DNA of 64,000 nucleotides from Betaproteobacteria bacterium (GCA_020346185.1 CP070775.1:844528-908527), one strand, 5' to 3'. Shown: positions 21,584 through 33,665, numbered from the stretch's first letter. Translations and numbers: made by a program. The notes: generated by a model from the sequence alone, not told the origin.

Positions 21584-21871
21584 ATGTCCCTGACTCTGCA
21601 CGATGTCCAACGCGTAGCCATGTTGGCGCGAATCGAAGTCACTGATACCGAGAGCGAGCAGATCCTCGAGCAGCTCCACGGCATATTCAAACTGATTGAA
21701 CAAATGCAGTCAGTCGACACCGCAGCCATCGAGCCGATGGCCCATGCCCAAGACGCGGTGGGTAGGCTGCGCCTCGACACCGTCACCGAGACCGACCAGC
21801 ACGAGTTGTTCCAGTCGGTCGCACCCGCGGCCGAGCAGGAACTCTATCTGGTACCAAGAGTCATCGAGTGA
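21584..21871 (+). CDS. gatC: Asp/Glu-tRNA(Asn/Gln) amidotransferase subunit C
   Basis: 95-aa [42 protein letters not shown] fits GatC. It is followed by gatA and gatB. Confidence 0.9.
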   Translation: MSLTLHDVQRVAMLARIEVTDTESEQILEQLHGIFKLIEQMQSVDTAAIEPMAHAQDAVGRLRLDTVTETDQHELFQSVAPAAEQELYLVPRVIE

Positions 21872-21899
21872 ACCCGGCCGGCCCGGCGCATTATCGATC

Positions 21900-23366
21900 A
21901 TGATCGATTCAAGCCTCAAACAGTTATCCGCAGACCTGGCGGCGAGGAAAATCTCAAGCGTCGAGCTGACACGCGCCTATCTCGACCGTATTGAATCGAA
22001 CAACGCGGCGATCAACGCGTTCATCACGATAGATCCCGACGCGAGCCTTAGACAGGCGCAGGCGGCGGATAAGCGCATAGCCAGGGGCGACGCACAACCA
22101 TTGACCGGGATACCGGTTGCCCACAAGGACATTTGGTGCGCCAAGGGCTGGCGTACCACCTGTGGCTCACGCATGTTGGAGAACTTTCGTTCTCCGTATG
22201 ACGCCCATGTGATCGAGCGCTTCAACGCGGCGGGTGCCGTCATCCTTGGCAAGACCAATATGGACGAATTCGCAATGGGCTCGTCCAATGAAAACTCTTG
22301 GTTTGGTCCAGTGAAAAACCCCTGGGACACTGAATACGTGCCCGGCGGCAGTTCTGGTGGCTCTGCCGCGGCAGTCGCCGCAGCTTTGGCGCCAGCGGCA
22401 ACCGGCACCGACACCGGAGGCTCCATTCGCCAGCCCGCCGCACTGTGCGGCGTGTCCGGCCTCAAACCGACTTATGGCGTGGTATCGCGCTACGGGATGA
22501 TCGCGTTTGCCTCCAGTCTTGACCAGGGGGGTCCGCTTGCAAGAAGTTCCGAGGACCTCGCTTTGTTGCTCGACACAATGGCAGGTTTCGATGCGCGCGA
22601 TTCGACCAGTCTGGAACGCCCCCCCGAGGCATACACGCGAAGACTCGATGAACCGCTTGCGGGACTGCGCATCGGATTGCCAAAAGAATACTTCGGCGAG
22701 GGGATATCGGCCGATGTGCGCAAATCCGTCGAGGACGCAATCGACGAGTACCGCAAGCTGGGAGCGACCACCGTAGACATCAGGCTGCCGGCGAGCGATC
22801 TGTCGGTGCCAGCTTACTACGTCATTGCGCCGGCCGAAGCATCGAGCAATCTGGCACGCTATGACGGAGTTCGTTATGGCTACCGCGCCGAAAGCTACGA
22901 CAACCTGCTGGATATGTATTGCAAGACACGCGCTCAGGGATTTGGCAGCGAAGTAAAAAGGCGCATCCTCGTCGGCACCTACGTCCTGTCGCATGGCTAC
23001 TATGACGCATACTATCTGCAGGCGCAGCGTATCCGCCGACTCATTGCACGCGATTTCGCCCAAGCGTTCGAGCAATGCGACGTGATTGTGAGCCCAACCT
23101 CACCGTCAACAGCGTTTCGCATTGGCGAGCGCACCGCTGATCCGGTCAAGATGTACTTGTCGGATATCTTCACCATTGCCGCCAATCTTGCCGGTCTGCC
23201 CGGCATGTCGATTCCTTGCGGGCTGGACGCGGCCGGCCTGCCGGTCGGTTTGCAGATCATCGGTAACTATTTCACTGAAACACGCATGCTCAACGTAGCA
23301 AACGTGTACCAAAAGCAAACCGACTGGCATTTACGCCGATCGCCGATCGCTTCGAATTCGTCATGA
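21900..23366 (+). CDS. gatA: Asp/Glu-tRNA(Asn/Gln) amidotransferase subunit A
   Basis: ORF 21696-23366. The conserved start [23 protein letters not shown] is at ATG 21900, 68 codons inside the longest ORF, whose upstream part overlaps gatC out of frame. Amidase signature [12 protein letters not shown] is present. Confidence 0.9.
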   Translation: MIDSSLKQLSADLAARKISSVELTRAYLDRIESNNAAINAFITIDPDASLRQAQAADKRIARGDAQPLTGIPVAHKDIWCAKGWRTTCGSRMLENFRSPYDAHVIERFNAAGAVILGKTNMDEFAMGSSNENSWFGPVKNPWDTEYVPGGSSGGSAAAVAAALAPAATGTDTGGSIRQPAALCGVSGLKPTYGVVSRYGMIAFASSLDQGGPLARSSEDLALLLDTMAGFDARDSTSLERPPEAYTRRLDEPLAGLRIGLPKEYFGEGISADVRKSVEDAIDEYRKLGATTVDIRLPASDLSVPAYYVIAPAEASSNLARYDGVRYGYRAESYDNLLDMYCKTRAQGFGSEVKRRILVGTYVLSHGYYDAYYLQAQRIRRLIARDFAQAFEQCDVIVSPTSPSTAFRIGERTADPVKMYLSDIFTIAANLAGLPGMSIPCGLDAAGLPVGLQIIGNYFTETRMLNVANVYQKQTDWHLRRSPIASNSS

Positions 23367-24814
23367 GCTGGGAAATTGTCATTGGGCTCGAAACCCACGC
23401 TCAGCTGTCGACCAGGTCAAAAATTTTCTCGGGAGCCGCGACCGCCTTTGGCGCGCCACCCAATACCCAGGCCTGCGCAGTCGATATTGCACTGCCCGGT
23501 GTCTTGCCGGTGCTCAACGTCGAGGCGGTAGACAAAGCAATTCGTTTTGGAATAGCAGTCGGCGCAACCATCAACCGCCGTTCAATATTTGCCAGGAAAA
23601 ATTATTTCTACCCTGATCTGCCAAAGGGATACCAGATCAGCCAGTATGAAATACCCGTCGTCTCCGGCGGGGGTGTCGCGTTCAGAGTCGGCAATACCGA
23701 GAAGACGGTACGCTTGGTACGCGCCCATCTCGAGGAAGACGCCGGCAAATCGCTGCACGAGGATTTTCACGGTATGAGCGGCATCGACCTCAATCGTGCC
23801 GGTACGCCATTGCTCGAGATCGTTAGCGAGCCGGATATGCGTTCGGCCGAAGAGGCCGTCGCGTACGCCAGGACACTGCACGCCCTGGTACGATGGATCG
23901 AAATCTGCGACGGCAACATGCAGGAAGGCAGTTTCCGCTGCGACGCCAATGTTTCGGTGCGGCCCGAAGGATCGGATCAGCTCGGCACCCGCCGCGAGAT
24001 AAAAAACCTGAACTCGTTTCGATTCCTTCAGCACGCCATAGACTACGAGGCAAACTGGCAAATCGAGCAACTGGAAGAGGGCAAGTGCATCGAGCAGGCC
24101 ACCGTTCTGTTCGATCCGGACAAAGCACAAACGCGGCTCATGCGTACCAAGGAGGAAGCGCATGACTATCGTTATTTCCCGGACCCCGACCTGCTACCAC
24201 TGGAGATCGATGAAGACTGGATCGAGCGCATTCGCGCTCAGATGCCGGAGCTTCCCGCAGCCCGTCAGTCACGCTACCAGAGCGATCTGGCGCTGTCCCA
24301 ACACGACGCCGCGTCACTGGTGGCAGGCCGCGAAGTTGCTGACTACTTCGATGCAGTGCTCTCGGCAGTTGGCGCGGATGACACCAAAGCCACCGCCAAG
24401 CTGATAGTCAACTGGATCAGTGGCGAGTTGGCAGCGGCGCTGAACCGCGCTGAGCTAGAGCTCAGCGAATCGCCTGTCACGGCCGCGGCTTTGGCCGGCC
24501 TGATTAGCCGAATCATGGACAATACCTTGTCATCCAAACTAGCCAAGGAAGTGTTCGACGGACTTTGGAAGGGCGAGGGCAGTGCCGACGAAATAATCGA
24601 GAAGCGCGGCCTGACGCAGATCTCGGATAGCAACGCCATCGAAAAGCTAGTCGAAGAAGTACTCGCCGCGAACCCGCAGCAAGCCACCGACTACCGTGGC
24701 GGCAAGCAGAAAGCCTTCAACGCGCTGGTCGGCCAAGTAATGAAAGCCAGCAAAGGCAAGGCAAATCCCGCGCAAGTAAACGAGATTCTCAGGCGCAAAC
24801 TGGACAGCTGCTGA
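23363..24814 (+). CDS. gatB: Asp/Glu-tRNA(Asn/Gln) amidotransferase subunit B
   Basis: 483-aa ORF overlapping the gatA stop by 4 nt. [13 protein letters not shown] and the C-terminal YqeY-like GatB tail are present. Confidence 0.9.
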   Translation: MSWEIVIGLETHAQLSTRSKIFSGAATAFGAPPNTQACAVDIALPGVLPVLNVEAVDKAIRFGIAVGATINRRSIFARKNYFYPDLPKGYQISQYEIPVVSGGGVAFRVGNTEKTVRLVRAHLEEDAGKSLHEDFHGMSGIDLNRAGTPLLEIVSEPDMRSAEEAVAYARTLHALVRWIEICDGNMQEGSFRCDANVSVRPEGSDQLGTRREIKNLNSFRFLQHAIDYEANWQIEQLEEGKCIEQATVLFDPDKAQTRLMRTKEEAHDYRYFPDPDLLPLEIDEDWIERIRAQMPELPAARQSRYQSDLALSQHDAASLVAGREVADYFDAVLSAVGADDTKATAKLIVNWISGELAAALNRAELELSESPVTAAALAGLISRIMDNTLSSKLAKEVFDGLWKGEGSADEIIEKRGLTQISDSNAIEKLVEEVLAANPQQATDYRGGKQKAFNALVGQVMKASKGKANPAQVNEILRRKLDSC

Positions 24815-24834
24815 TCGCTGTCGGTTGCAAGTAG

Positions 24835-24862
24835 CAGAGCGGATGCTCTGACTTGTGTTTGT
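24835..24862 (+). terminator. Weak candidate terminator after gatB
   Basis: Stem CAGAGC (24835-24840) and GCTCTG (24845-24850) flank loop GGAT. The tail ACTTGTGTTTGT follows. The stem is short, so support is modest. Confidence 0.3.
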
Positions 24863-24908
24863 CGCAGTTCAGGGACGATCGAACCGCCCGGCGCAGTGCG
24901 AAAGAACT

Positions 24909-25517
24909 TTACTTATCGTCCCTGCGCGCCATCAGCTCGCGATAACGTTTCTTGTCTGCCTCGAAACGGTCGACTATGCGATCGACCCGCCGCTGTTTTG
25001 TTTCCAGCTCCGTTTCAAGTTTCCAAATATCTGACAATGTCGCGTCAATATTTTCGATCAAATCGAGCGGGACGGGCTGATCCGCCTTCTCCAGCGCGGC
25101 TTCTCGCTCTCGTAGTTGGTCGAGCCGCTCGGTGTAGATAGCAAGCTTCTTCTTGGCATACTTGACGCCTAACAGCGGCCTTTGCAAGCTGCGCTGCTTG
25201 GCAGTCTCGATCTGCTGTTCCGAGGTATAGGTTTGCAACAAGGCACGATCTCTTCGCTCCTGAACAAGGCGAGCCTCACGTTCTTCGCGCGTCTCTTCCG
25301 GGCGGGCTGAATCCGGGCGCTCCAGTACCAAGCCTTGCTTGGTCATTTCGTCGGTCTCCAGACCCAGGCAGGCTACGTCGGGGCGGTCAGTGTAGTAAAC
25401 GCGGCCGCTCGCGTCCTTGCAGCGGTACATGCGCGCTTCAGCGGCATTTCCCGCCGTCGAGACCGTCATCAGAGCCAAAGCCATGATTGGGGCCAGACTT
25501 CGCGCTTGGGACCTCAT
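24909..25517 (-). CDS. DUF4124 domain protein with a coiled-coil C-terminal half
   Basis: ORF 24909-25721 (-). Likely start [17 protein letters not shown] (signal peptide) at ATG 25517, in an ATGA overlap with the pyrE stop. DUF4124 signature [17 protein letters not shown] is present. The remainder is heptad-like and rich in E, R and L. Confidence 0.55.
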   Translation of the reverse strand: MRSQARSLAPIMALALMTVSTAGNAAEARMYRCKDASGRVYYTDRPDVACLGLETDEMTKQGLVLERPDSARPEETREEREARLVQERRDRALLQTYTSEQQIETAKQRSLQRPLLGVKYAKKKLAIYTERLDQLREREAALEKADQPVPLDLIENIDATLSDIWKLETELETKQRRVDRIVDRFEADKKRYRELMARRDDK

Positions 25518-26161
25518 GTGGTTGCACCATATCGCTTTCGATAGTCGTCGACTGAATGCAACTGCCGTGCCAATTCCGGCCGCCCGCCCAGAAAGCCGAT
25601 CAGGTCGTCCAGTGTCGATATGCTGACCACTTCCAGGCCAAAAGCATCGCGGACGTCGTCGACCGCCGAAACCTCGGTACGACCGCGCTCCATGCGATCG
25701 AAACAGATCACGACACCGCATGGCGAAGCACCAGCGGCACGGATTATGTCGACCGATTCGCGCACCGAGGTGCCCGCCGAAATCACGTCATCAATAATCA
25801 GCACCCGCGCTGACAGTGGCGCCCCAACGGTATTGCCGCCCTCACCATGGTCTTTGGCCTCTTTGCGATTGAAGCAAAAGGGTACATTGCGGCCCTGCTC
25901 TGCAAGTGCCACCGCCGTCGTCGAGACGAGCGGAATACCCTTGTAGGCTGGCCCGTACAGCATGTCGAAAGTGATGCCCGAATCGCTGATCGCTTTAGCG
26001 TAGAATTGGCCGAGTCTGCGCAGTGAGGCACCGTCGTTGAATAACCCGGTGTTGAAAAAATAAGGCGAGAGCCTGCCCGCTTTGGTCTTGAACTCCCCAA
26101 AACGGAGAACCTTGGCCTCAAGCGCGAACTGAATGAAATCCTGTCTGAAGTCCGTATTCAT
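25514..26161 (-). CDS. pyrE: Orotate phosphoribosyltransferase
   Basis: 215-aa [36 protein letters not shown] and PRPP motif [13 protein letters not shown] are present. Confidence 0.9.
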   Translation of the reverse strand: MNTDFRQDFIQFALEAKVLRFGEFKTKAGRLSPYFFNTGLFNDGASLRRLGQFYAKAISDSGITFDMLYGPAYKGIPLVSTTAVALAEQGRNVPFCFNRKEAKDHGEGGNTVGAPLSARVLIIDDVISAGTSVRESVDIIRAAGASPCGVVICFDRMERGRTEVSAVDDVRDAFGLEVVSISTLDDLIGFLGGRPELARQLHSVDDYRKRYGATT

Positions 26162-26164
26162 AAC

Positions 26165-26941
26165 ATGCTGCGAATCGTCTCATTGAATCTAAATGGCATC
26201 CGATCTGCGGTCAACAAAGGCGTCCTTGAGTGGCTGGGTAAACAGGACGCAAGCGTCGTCTGCTTGCAGGAACTGAAAGCGCAAGCCAAGGACATCTTGC
26301 CCGCAGTGCACAGTCCGGATGGCTTCCTCGGCTATTTCAACTTTGCCGATCGCCCCGGATATAGCGGAGTCGGACTATATTCCAGCAAAAAACCGGATCG
26401 TGTCATCAGCGGCCTCGGCATGCCCGAGTTCGACAGCGAAGGCCGCTATATTGAAGCACGGTACGGTGACCTGTCCGTAGTATCGCTTTATGTTCCGTCC
26501 GGTTCGAGCTCACCGGAACGACTCGCTGTGAAGTTCCGTTTCATGGAGCGGCTGATTCAGCCACTGTATGAGCTGATCTGCAGCGGCCGGCAGATCATCA
26601 TCTGTGGCGACTGGAACGTCGCCCACAAGGAAATCGATCTGAAGAACTGGCGCTCCAACCAAAAGAATTCCGGCTTTCTGCCCGAGGAACGCGAATGGTT
26701 CTCCGGGGTTCTCGACAAGCTTGGCTACGTCGATGTTTTTCGCACTCTGAGTCAGGAGCCCGAACAATACACATGGTGGTCCAACCGAGGCCAATCGTGG
26801 GTGAAGAACGTCGGATGGCGAATCGATTATCAGCTGGCAACGCCACGCATCGCCGCGCGGGCACGACGTGCCGATATCTACAAGGCACAGCGATTCAGTG
26901 ACCATGCACCATTGACGATCGATTACGATCACGGCTTCTGA
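26165..26941 (+). CDS. xthA: Exodeoxyribonuclease III
   Basis: 258-aa [31 protein letters not shown] and SDHAPL are EEP-fold ExoIII motifs. Confidence 0.9.
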   Translation: MLRIVSLNLNGIRSAVNKGVLEWLGKQDASVVCLQELKAQAKDILPAVHSPDGFLGYFNFADRPGYSGVGLYSSKKPDRVISGLGMPEFDSEGRYIEARYGDLSVVSLYVPSGSSSPERLAVKFRFMERLIQPLYELICSGRQIIICGDWNVAHKEIDLKNWRSNQKNSGFLPEEREWFSGVLDKLGYVDVFRTLSQEPEQYTWWSNRGQSWVKNVGWRIDYQLATPRIAARARRADIYKAQRFSDHAPLTIDYDHGF

Positions 26942-26983
26942 TTAGACTGAAATGACAGTCACCGCCTCCGCGACAACCCGCAC

Positions 26984-28381
26984 ATGAGTGATGCATCGCG
27001 CGTAAAACACCGAGTCATTGGTTTTTTCACTGACTTAAAGGTATTCACCCAGCCCCGCGTGGTCCGAATGCTGCTGCTCGGTTTCTCCGCCGGCCTGCCT
27101 TTGCTCTTGGTGTTCGGGACACTGTCCTTCTGGCTGCGCGAGTCCGGCGTAGATCTGTCGACCATCGGGTTCTTTTCACTGGTCGGTCTCGTCTATGGCT
27201 TCAAGTGGACTTGGTCGCCGCTAGTCGATCAACTGCCAATCCCCTTCCTGACGCGAAAGATGGGGAAGCGTCGCAGCTGGCTGCTTGCGTCGCAACTGGT
27301 CGTCGCGATTGGCTTGTGCGGCATGGCACTGAGCGATCCAGCTCACGGATTGCAAAAAATCGCCGCGCTCGCACTGCTGACTGCGTTCGCTTCGGCGACC
27401 CAAGACATAGCGCTCGATGCTTTTCGCATCGAATCGGCCGCGGTCGAAGAACAGGGGGCAATGGCGGCCGCTTACCAAGCCGGCTACCGCGGCGCCATGT
27501 TGATGGCTTCGGCCGGGGCGTTGTTGATCGCGGCCGCCTTCGATGTCAACGAGGCAACCTACGAGCAGACGCCCTGGGCTGCCACCTATTTCATCATGGC
27601 CGCGCTCATGGGTGTCGGCATTATCACCGTTCTGCTCTCCTCTGAACCGATACCGACGAGCGCTAGCGGAAATTCGTCACGGCAGAAAGGGAGTATTCCT
27701 GCCGGGGCAACGGCCCGACTGGGGCGCTGGCTTCTGGTGGCCTTCGTCTTGCCATTCGTCGATTTCATCAAACGCTACCGCTATGACGCTCTGCTGCTGC
27801 TGGCGCTTATCGGCAGCTACCGCATCTCCGATGTCGTGATGGGAGTCATGGCCAACCCGTTCTATCACGACATGGGATTTAGCAAGGACGAAATCGCAAC
27901 CATCTCGAAAGTCTACGGAGTCATCATGACACTCGTTGGCGCGGGGCTTGGCGGTGTGTTGAGTCTACGTATCGGTGTCGTGCGCACATTGTTTCTTGGC
28001 GCTTTACTCTCGGCAGCAACGAATCTCCTCTTTGCTTGGCTGGCCAGGCGCGGCGATGACCTCAGCGGTCTGGTGCTGACGATTTCGGCGGACAATTTGA
28101 GCGCCGGCATCGCTACCGCCGCCTTCATCGCCTATTTGTCGGGCCTGACCAATATTCGCTACTCGGCAACACAGTACGCATTGTTTAGCTCCGCGATGCT
28201 TCTTTTTCCAAAATTCATTGCTGGTGGCTCAGGTGTGTTTGTCGAGCGGTATGGATACGAAATGTTCTTTACCAGCACCGCCTTGCTCGGCGTACCAGTA
28301 TTGGTGCTGATCTTTCTGGCGCGCAACGTCGCGATGTTCGATCGCAGCGAGATCACGAAACGCGTCCCTTCCTCAACCTAG
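26984..28381 (+). CDS. ampG: AmpG family muropeptide MFS permease
   Basis: 465-aa polytopic ORF. LLLGFSAGLPLLLVFGTLSFWLRESGVDL..IGFFSLVGLVYGFKWTWSPLVD and GKRRSWLL fit AmpG. Confidence 0.85.
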   Translation: MSDASRVKHRVIGFFTDLKVFTQPRVVRMLLLGFSAGLPLLLVFGTLSFWLRESGVDLSTIGFFSLVGLVYGFKWTWSPLVDQLPIPFLTRKMGKRRSWLLASQLVVAIGLCGMALSDPAHGLQKIAALALLTAFASATQDIALDAFRIESAAVEEQGAMAAAYQAGYRGAMLMASAGALLIAAAFDVNEATYEQTPWAATYFIMAALMGVGIITVLLSSEPIPTSASGNSSRQKGSIPAGATARLGRWLLVAFVLPFVDFIKRYRYDALLLLALIGSYRISDVVMGVMANPFYHDMGFSKDEIATISKVYGVIMTLVGAGLGGVLSLRIGVVRTLFLGALLSAATNLLFAWLARRGDDLSGLVLTISADNLSAGIATAAFIAYLSGLTNIRYSATQYALFSSAMLLFPKFIAGGSGVFVERYGYEMFFTSTALLGVPVLVLIFLARNVAMFDRSEITKRVPSST

Positions 28382-28713
28382 CCGCTGGCGAAGCCAACAG
28401 CGCGCTGAACAACACCACGAGCGGTCTTGAGCTGGGTGCCCTTGCCTTGAATCGCATCACTGGTCGGACTGCGGCGCTTGAAAGCGTAACGAGCAGCTAG
28501 AGCGTTAAGAGCAATGCAATCCATCACTCAATACTTCACGATCACGCACACATCCTTCACACCTCGACAGGGCATTGGAAAACGTGGCGAGCGGCCTTCA
28601 ACCGGGTGCGCCCGGTGCGCAGGATCCGGAGTGTACGCGCACAGTACATGAGGATTCCGAGCACCGCGCAAGCCCGGATCAAGGCCGCGCAGCAGCTTTC
28701 CAACGGTCTGTAG

Positions 28714-29334
28714 TTAGGCGCTCCATTTGTCAAATCTATACACCGCCAGCGCGCCCAACAGATTGGGCAATATCCTGATTTCGTCGCCCGCCTCGTTGAG
28801 CACGACGCGCTCGCGCACGCGCATGCCGTGGCCAGCACAGAAGATTTCGAAATCATCTATCGTGAGCACGTGAATATTCGGCGTGTCGTACCATTGGTAC
28901 GGCAATTCGCGCGAGACCGGCACGCGCCCCATCATTACTTGCAAGCGGTGCCGCCAATAGCCGAAGTTGGGAAACGTCACGATGGCTTCGCGCCCGACAC
29001 GCAACATTTCACCGACAATTCGTTCAGTGTGCCTAACTGCCTGCAGCGTCAGCGACAGAATCACGTAATCAAACGAATCGTTCTCGAATCCGGAGAGACC
29101 CGCTTCCAGATCCGCCTGCAACACGTTAATGCCATTCTTGAGGCTGGCGAGCACCTTGTGATCGTCTAATTCAATACCATAACCAGTGGCATAGCGTACC
29201 TGTCCGAGGTGACGCAGCAGCGATCCATCGCCGCAGCCTAGGTCGAGTACGTGAGCACCATGCCCGATCCAGCCGGTAATGGTGTCAAAGTCACGCCTGC
29301 TCGTGCGCTTGCCACGTGTGACGCTGGAACTCAT
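28714..29334 (-). CDS. metW: Methionine biosynthesis protein MetW
   Basis: 206-aa ORF overlapping the metX stop by 4 nt. It has the SAM-MTase-like [12 protein letters not shown], and [10 protein letters not shown]...[20 protein letters not shown] is typical of MetW. Confidence 0.85.
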   Translation of the reverse strand: MSSSVTRGKRTSRRDFDTITGWIGHGAHVLDLGCGDGSLLRHLGQVRYATGYGIELDDHKVLASLKNGINVLQADLEAGLSGFENDSFDYVILSLTLQAVRHTERIVGEMLRVGREAIVTFPNFGYWRHRLQVMMGRVPVSRELPYQWYDTPNIHVLTIDDFEIFCAGHGMRVRERVVLNEAGDEIRILPNLLGALAVYRFDKWSA

Positions 29335-30455
29335 GTCGACACCCGTTCTAGATAAGCGCGGATCAAATTGTGGTAAATCGCATCGTTCATCAAAAACGCG
29401 TCATGACCATGCGGCGCCTCGATTTCGGCGTATGAGACGTTGAGCCGGTTCTCGACCATTGCCTTGACCAGCTCGCGCGAACGTTCGGGAGAGAAACGCC
29501 AGTCAGACGTGAACGAGACGACTAGGTAGTCGGATTTGGAGTTCTTCATCGCCGCCGTCAGATCGCCACCGTAACTCGCCGCCGGATCGAAGTAATCCAG
29601 TGCCTTGGTGATACGAAGATAGGTATTAGCGTCAAACGTGTCGGCGAACTTGTCGCCCTGATAACGAAGATACGACTCGATCTGAAAATCAATGTCGAAG
29701 TTGAACTTCAGAACGTCCTCGCGAAGGTTGCGACCGAATTTGGCATCCATCGCGTCGTCCGACAAGTAGGTAATGTGTCCGATCATGCGAGCAATACGCA
29801 ATCCACGGCGCGGCACGACGTCGTGCTCATAATAGTTGCCGCCGTGGAACTCCGGATCAGAGGTAATGGCGGTTCGCGCGACCTCGTTAAAAGCAATATT
29901 CTGGGCAGACAACTTCGGCGCTGCCGCTATCACCAGCGCATTTCTGACCCGTTCCGGCTGATCGATAGTCCATTGCAGGGCCTGCATTCCACCGAGGCTG
30001 CCGCCCACAACCGCAGCGAACTGATCTATTCCGAGGCGCGAAGCCAACCGTGCTTGAACCTCAACCCAGTCCTCCACGGTTACGACCGGAAAGTCGCCGC
30101 CCCACTGTTTGCCGGTACGCGGATCGATACTGGAGGGTCCGGTAGAGCCATGACAACCACCGAGGTTGTTCACTCCGAGCACGAAAAAGCGTTCCGTGTC
30201 GACTGGTTTGCCCGGACCAATCAGATTGTCCCACCAGCCTACGTTTTCCGTTTGGTCGGCATAAATGCCGGCTACATGATGGGAGGCGTTCAGCGCGTGA
30301 CAGACCAGAATGGCATTGCTGCGCTCGGCGTTGAGCTCCCCGTAACTCTCGTAAGCGAGTTGATAACTATCGATGCGCGCGCGGCCTTGAAGTTCGATCG
30401 GCTCATCGAACTGCATCATTTTCGGTTTTACGATCCCAACCGAGCCTTGAGACAT
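29331..30455 (-). CDS. metX: Homoserine O-acyltransferase MetX (acetyl vs succinyl specificity not decidable from sequence reading)
   Basis: 374-aa ORF with an alpha/beta fold. The nucleophile elbow is [17 protein letters not shown] and HGHDAFL are present. It is paired with metW. Confidence 0.9.
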   Translation of the reverse strand: MSQGSVGIVKPKMMQFDEPIELQGRARIDSYQLAYESYGELNAERSNAILVCHALNASHHVAGIYADQTENVGWWDNLIGPGKPVDTERFFVLGVNNLGGCHGSTGPSSIDPRTGKQWGGDFPVVTVEDWVEVQARLASRLGIDQFAAVVGGSLGGMQALQWTIDQPERVRNALVIAAAPKLSAQNIAFNEVARTAITSDPEFHGGNYYEHDVVPRRGLRIARMIGHITYLSDDAMDAKFGRNLREDVLKFNFDIDFQIESYLRYQGDKFADTFDANTYLRITKALDYFDPAASYGGDLTAAMKNSKSDYLVVSFTSDWRFSPERSRELVKAMVENRLNVSYAEIEAPHGHDAFLMNDAIYHNLIRAYLERVST

Positions 30456-30509
30456 TCGTCAACTATTCCAATTGCACGCGAGGCAGCGTCCCGGCGCCGC
30501 GTGGCGCAA

Positions 30510-31028
30510 TCAGGAACCGGCCAGAACTACGGACAAGCGTCGCAACATCTGCTGTACCGCTTCTGACTGCATATCCCTGAACAGCAGCTCTTCTTCTGAT
30601 TGCTTGCCGAGAATCGCCGTATCATCGTACTGCATGGCGCGCCGCAGCAAAATTTCGCCTGGCGCAACCAGATCCTTCCTGTTGCTGTCCATGACACGAT
30701 AACTTACCCGATACACGAACAGAAATTCACTGACACTGCCTGATGATTGCAGCGACAGAATTCTCTTCTCACGCTGCTCATTCAAGACCTTGAGAACGAC
30801 TTGCGCTTCTTCTGCGCCATCCACGACCTCCACCGCATTGCTGCTTTGGAGTACCCGCATCAACTCCGCAGCGAACAGCGAAAAGCCATCGGTTTCGACG
30901 TGGATACGCTCAAACGGAAGATCAGCCTGGCCGCGCAGCTTAAATCCGCACCCCGTCAACAGAAGGCTAATCGAGACGAGCATCAACAGTCCGATGGCAA
31001 TATCAGCGCGCCGCAGTGGCAAACGCAT
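30510..31028 (-). CDS. lptE: LPS-assembly lipoprotein LptE
   Basis: ORF 30510-31046 (-). Start MRLPLRRADIAIGLLMLVSISLLLTGCGFKLRG at ATG 31028, with a lipobox followed by the typical GFKLRG. It is in the conserved position just downstream of leuS. Confidence 0.75.
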   Translation of the reverse strand: MRLPLRRADIAIGLLMLVSISLLLTGCGFKLRGQADLPFERIHVETDGFSLFAAELMRVLQSSNAVEVVDGAEEAQVVLKVLNEQREKRILSLQSSGSVSEFLFVYRVSYRVMDSNRKDLVAPGEILLRRAMQYDDTAILGKQSEEELLFRDMQSEAVQQMLRRLSVVLAGS

Positions 31029-31055
31029 GTGTTCGTTCTCCTTCAATCAGTTGAT

Positions 31056-33665
31056 TCACGCCACTACGTTGACCAGCCTGCCAGGAACGACAACCACTTT
31101 GCGAACCACCTTGCTTCCTACATGTCGCTGAACATTTGGATTTGTAATCGCTTGCTGTTCGATTGTTCGCCGATCCGCTCCAGCAGCCACACGCAAGTGG
31201 CCGCGAAGTTTGCCATTGACTTGCAGCACCAGCTCGAGTTCGTCCTGCGCCAGCGCATCCTCGTCGACCTGCGGCCATTGCGCATCCTGAAGTTGCCCAG
31301 CATAACCGAGTTGATCCCACAGCACTTGAGTTATATGCGGCACAATCGGGAACAGAATACGCAACAGGATACCCATCGCCTCTTGCTGCAGAACGACGCG
31401 CGGCTTGTCGGCAGCCTTTGAAACTGCATCGCTTTCAAGCACGTTAAGCATCTTCATGCCGGCAGAGGCGACGGTATTGAATTGCCGACGTTCATAATCG
31501 AAATTCGCTTGCTTGAGCAAAGCGTGGACCTCACGACGCGGGTCACGCAACGTCTCACCGGCTCGCTCTGACTTGGTAAAGCTTGCATTCGCCGCCTGCA
31601 AGGCCGAGGCATTTTCCGCTCCGTACCTCCACAAGCGACGCAGAAAGCGGTACGCACCTTCCACCCCAGCATCATTCCACGCCAACGTGTCCTCCGGGGG
31701 CGACGTGAACATGATGAAAAAGCGTGCCGTATCCGCCCCGTATTTCTCGACCAGCGCCTGCGGGTCTACACCATTGTTTTTCGACTTCGACATGGTGCGA
31801 ATGCCGCCCGACGCGACCGGCTTGCCGTCAGATATCAGCTTGGCACCGATACGCTTGCCTTGTTCATCGTGAACCACTTCGACATCCTGCGGATTGAAGT
31901 AGGCGGTGCGACCCGATGCGTCTTCGCGCGAGAAGATTTCGTTGAGCACCATACCCTGGGTCAGAAGCCGGGAGAACGGTTCGCTGACGTTCACCAGGTC
32001 AAGATCGCGCATGACTTTGGTCCAGAACCGTGAATAGAGCAAATGCAGGATTGCGTGTTCAATTCCGCCAATGTACTGATCCACCGGCATCCAGTAATCG
32101 ACCCGCTCATCAACCATCGCGTCGTGCGAGCCCGGACAAGCAAAGCGCATGAAGTACCACGATGAGTCGACGAAAGTGTCCATCGTATCGGTCTCTCGCC
32201 GAGCATCAGCACCACATTTTGGACAAAGACAAGAAACAAAATCCTCTCGTTTGTTGAGCGGATTTCCGGAACCATCCGGTACGCAATCCTCTGGCAGTAC
32301 CACCGGCAGTTGATCATCGGGTACCGGAACATCACCACACTGGCCGCAATGAATGATCGGTACCGGTGTACCCCAGTAACGCTGCCGCGAAATGCCCCAG
32401 TCGCGCAAACGCCATTGAACCTGTTTCTCGCCGTGCCCGTTCCCCTGCAAGTCGGCAGCGATGGCTTCGACGGCCTCGGCGTAGCACATCCCATCGTAGC
32501 GTCCCGAATTCACGCACACACCTTGGTCGCCATACCACTCCTGCCAAGCGTCTGTAGAATAAGCTTGATCTTGCAGATCGATCACCTGCCTAATCGGCAG
32601 GCCATACTTTTTGGCAAACTCGAAATCGCGCTCGTCGTGCCCCGGCACGCCCATCACCGCACCCTCGCCGTAGGTCATCAGCACGTAGTTGCCGACCCAC
32701 ACTTCGACCGCTTCGCCGCTAATTGGGTGCTCGACGAACAACCCGGTGGGCAGGCCTTTCTTCTCCATCGCCGCGATATCTGCTTCCATGGTGCTGCCCC
32801 GTCGGCACTCATCGATAAAGGCGCTGAGCTCAGGATTGGTTTTGGCAGCGTATGTCGCCAGGGGATGTTCGGCGGCAACCGCACAGAATGTCACTCCCAT
32901 AATGGTATCAGCGCGTGTGGTGAACACCCTGAGCTGGTGTTTTTCGCCGTTGAGAGTGTACGGGAACGCGATGTTCACCCCCTCGCTACGCCCGATCCAG
33001 TTGGCCTGCATCGTCTTGACGCGCTCCGGCCAGCCATCGAGTTCCCCGAGCGCCAACAGCAACTCCGGAGCGTAGTCTGTGATGCGCATGTAGTACATCG
33101 GAATCTCGCGCTTTTCCACCAATGCTCCGGTACGCCAACCGCGCCCGTCAATCACCTGCTCGTTCGCCAGTACCGTCTGATCAACCGGATCCCAGTTCAC
33201 CACACCCGTTCTCTTGTAGACCAGGCCTTTTTCCAGCATGCGCACGAACAGCCACTGGTTCCAGCGGTAATAATCGGGCTGGCAGGTTGCAAGTTCGCGG
33301 TCCCAGTCAATGGCGAATCCCAGCGACTGGAGCTGTTTTTTCATGTAGGCGATGTTGTCGTATGTCCACGTGGCCGGCGGTACCCCGTTTGCCATCGCCG
33401 CGTTCTCCGCCGGCAGACCAAAAGCATCCCAACCCATTGGCTGCAGTACGTTAAAGCCACGCATGCGGTGGTAACGCGTCAGGACATCACCGATCGTGTA
33501 ATTGCGCACATGTCCCATGTGCAGTTTGCCGGACGGATAAGGGAACATGGACAGACAGTAGTATTTCGGGCGATCCGGATCTTCGGTCGCCCCGAATGCC
33601 TTGCTTTCAGCCCACTGTTTTTGAACCCGTTCCTCGATCAGGGCAGGATGATACTGACTTTGCAT
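31056..33665 (-). CDS. leuS: Leucyl-tRNA synthetase
   Basis: 869-aa ORF. It has the HIGH-type motif ([13 protein letters not shown]), the KMSKS-type motif (TMSKSKNN) and a CP1 editing region. Confidence 0.95.
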   Translation of the reverse strand: MQSQYHPALIEERVQKQWAESKAFGATEDPDRPKYYCLSMFPYPSGKLHMGHVRNYTIGDVLTRYHRMRGFNVLQPMGWDAFGLPAENAAMANGVPPATWTYDNIAYMKKQLQSLGFAIDWDRELATCQPDYYRWNQWLFVRMLEKGLVYKRTGVVNWDPVDQTVLANEQVIDGRGWRTGALVEKREIPMYYMRITDYAPELLLALGELDGWPERVKTMQANWIGRSEGVNIAFPYTLNGEKHQLRVFTTRADTIMGVTFCAVAAEHPLATYAAKTNPELSAFIDECRRGSTMEADIAAMEKKGLPTGLFVEHPISGEAVEVWVGNYVLMTYGEGAVMGVPGHDERDFEFAKKYGLPIRQVIDLQDQAYSTDAWQEWYGDQGVCVNSGRYDGMCYAEAVEAIAADLQGNGHGEKQVQWRLRDWGISRQRYWGTPVPIIHCGQCGDVPVPDDQLPVVLPEDCVPDGSGNPLNKREDFVSCLCPKCGADARRETDTMDTFVDSSWYFMRFACPGSHDAMVDERVDYWMPVDQYIGGIEHAILHLLYSRFWTKVMRDLDLVNVSEPFSRLLTQGMVLNEIFSREDASGRTAYFNPQDVEVVHDEQGKRIGAKLISDGKPVASGGIRTMSKSKNNGVDPQALVEKYGADTARFFIMFTSPPEDTLAWNDAGVEGAYRFLRRLWRYGAENASALQAANASFTKSERAGETLRDPRREVHALLKQANFDYERRQFNTVASAGMKMLNVLESDAVSKAADKPRVVLQQEAMGILLRILFPIVPHITQVLWDQLGYAGQLQDAQWPQVDEDALAQDELELVLQVNGKLRGHLRVAAGADRRTIEQQAITNPNVQRHVGSKVVRKVVVVPGRLVNVVA

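Noticed and set aside
21696-21899. Long N-terminal extensions implied by the longest-ORF calls (gatA, ubiE, phoB, HIT, polA, DUF4124, MBL, DUF3179 and others)
   Set aside because: The extensions overlap upstream genes or lack similarity. In each case the family-conserved N-terminus starts at an internal ATG or GTG that I located in the sequence.
28557-28856. 99-aa minus-strand ORF spanning the metW 3' end and the spacer
   Set aside because: Half of it overlaps metW out of frame and it has a Cys/Ala/Arg-rich composition. Only its distal part is discussed, as a low-confidence small frame, in the spacer finding.
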